DNA from: Aliivibrio fischeri ES114 | GTDB lineage: Bacteria > Pseudomonadota > Gammaproteobacteria > Enterobacterales > Vibrionaceae | Direction: 5' to 3' (one strand) | DNA length: 32,000 bases | Assembly: GCF_000011805.1 (NCBI RefSeq) | Contig: NC_006840.2 | In this document: in pieces, positions 30,603 through 32,000 of the stretch | How positions within the stretch are numbered: position 1 is the stretch's first letter | Layout: every line of letters begins with the position of its first letter | Position numbers and translations under genes: made by a program | The notes under the pieces: generated by a model | Seen by the model: only the letters and a program-made list of their open reading frames with translations | What the model was told of the DNA's origin: nothing | Databases searched by the model: none

Positions 30603-30890
30603 TTAATGACTACTTAGTTTTTCTTTATGTTTATTGAGTTGGCGGATCAATTTATCAACCAAACCATCAATAGCTGCATACATATCTTCTGAGTCAGAAT
30701 GAGCGTGTATGTCACCTTGATTTACGTGAAGTGTTGCTTCTGCTACATGTTGTACTTTTTCTAATTTTAATACAACATGTACATTATTAATGTGTTCAAA
30801 AAAACGCTCTAATTTTTGGAATTTGGTATTCACATACTCACGAAGGCTATCGGTTAGTTCGACGTTTTGACCTGCGATGTTTATTTGCAT
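30603..30890 (-). CDS. hpf: Ribosome hibernation promoting factor HPF (short form)
   Basis: MQINIAGQNVELTDSLREYVNTKFQKLERFFEHINNVHVVLKLEK; 95 aa, between rpoN and ptsN. Confidence 0.95.
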   Translation of the reverse strand: MQINIAGQNVELTDSLREYVNTKFQKLERFFEHINNVHVVLKLEKVQHVAEATLHVNQGDIHAHSDSEDMYAAIDGLVDKLIRQLNKHKEKLSSH

Positions 30891-30909
30891 AACACTTCCT
30901 TTTCATTAA

Positions 30910-32000
30910 TTAAAGTAAACGCTTACGCTGATTTGATGGTGCGATACCAAGTGATTCACGATATTTAGCAATGGTACGGCGTGCTACTTGGATTCCTTGT
31001 TCAGCCAGTAAGGTTGCAATTTTACTATCACTTAACGGCTTAGCTTGATTCTCAGCCGCAACCAATTTTTTCACTAGTGCTCGGATTGCTGTAGATGAGC
31101 ATTCACCACCATTATCCGTACTAACATGACTAGAGAAGAAATATTTCAATTCAAAAATACCTCGAGGGGTATGCATGAACTTCTGTGTTGTTACTCGTGA
31201 TATGGTGGATTCGTGCATATCGACATCTAATGCGATGTCATTTAAAACCATAGGTTTCATTGCTTCTTCACCATATTCGAAGAAATCTTGTTGATGTTCA
31301 ACTATACAACGTGCAACTTTGAGCAGCGTCTCGTTTCTGCTCTCTAGGCTCTTAATTAACCACTTTGCCTCTTGCAAATTGGTTCGAATGAATTGCCCAT
31401 CCGGAGTGTTGCCCATTGTCTTACCAAGAGCCGCATATTCCGCATTTACTTTTAAGCGAGGAACACTGTCAGGGTTAATGGTTACAACCCATTTTCCATT
31501 GTGTTTGAATACAGAAACATCAGGAATAACGTACTCAGTTTCAGTATCGATAACACGATTACCTGGGCGAGGATCTAACTCGTGAATAAGCATCATGACT
31601 TGCTTTAAGTCACTTTCTTTAAGCTTAGTCTCTTTTGCTAGTTGTCGGTAGTCTCGATTTCCTAATAAATTAATATGATCTTTTAAAATCAGCTTAGTTT
31701 CAGGTAACCAAGGGGTATTAGCAGGGTAAGTTGCAAGTTGAAGTAATAGACACTCTGCCAAATCACGAGAAGCAACACCTAATGGATCAAATTGTTGAAT
31801 GCGTTTTAAAACCGCTTCAACTTCATCCATTTCAACCTCTTCATCTCCAATACTTTCTAAAATATCGTCAAGAGAACTAGTCAGGTAACCGTATTCATCT
31901 AATGACTCGATAATCGTGGTTGCGATTGTTCGATCAAGATCGGTAAATGGGGTTAAGTCAGCTTGCCACATCAGATAATCTTGCAAGCTTTCTGTGGTTT
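30910..32000 (-). CDS. rpoN: RNA polymerase sigma-54 factor RpoN, C-terminal part (N-terminus beyond right edge)
   Basis: [21 protein letters not shown], core-binding region, HTH, and RpoN box [22 protein letters not shown]. The frame stays open to the window edge ([11 protein letters not shown]), so the track start at 31986 is internal. Confidence 0.98.
   Translation of the reverse strand, partial: TTESLQDYLMWQADLTPFTDLDRTIATTIIESLDEYGYLTSSLDDILESIGDEEVEMDEVEAVLKRIQQFDPLGVASRDLAECLLLQLATYPANTPWLPETKLILKDHINLLGNRDYRQLAKETKLKESDLKQVMMLIHELDPRPGNRVIDTETEYVIPDVSVFKHNGKWVVTINPDSVPRLKVNAEYAALGKTMGNTPDGQFIRTNLQEAKWLIKSLESRNETLLKVARCIVEHQQDFFEYGEEAMKPMVLNDIALDVDMHESTISRVTTQKFMHTPRGIFELKYFFSSHVSTDNGGECSSTAIRALVKKLVAAENQAKPLSDSKIATLLAEQGIQVARRTIAKYRESLGIAPSNQRKRLL

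Overview
This window looks like ordinary Vibrionaceae core chromosome, and the low GC and protein character suggest Aliivibrio (an inference). I found no mobile element, CRISPR array, tRNA/rRNA, defence island or convincing undescribed system. The first ~14.4 kb carries the mannose-sensitive haemagglutinin type IV pilus (MSHA) locus, co-oriented on +: mshJ (3' end), mshK, L, M, N, E, G, F, then the pilin-side operon mshB, A, C, D, O, P, Q. Next on + are mreBCD, maf, rng, yhdP, a nitrilase-family gene and tldD. They are followed by darP/yjgA (-) and pmbA/tldE (+). Last come mgtE (-) and the rpoN-hpf-ptsN-rapZ-ptsO cluster (-), with rpoN cut by the right edge. The most interesting local signals are regulatory: a strong terminator-like hairpin between mshA and mshC, an imperfect hairpin that includes the mshC ribosome-binding region, promoter-like elements before mshB, mshA and mreB, a Ser/Asn low-complexity tract in MshL, and a 15-nt inverted repeat between darP and pmbA. 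Several ORF-track starts are corrected (mshK, mshF, mreB, mreC, possibly mshN and mgtE).
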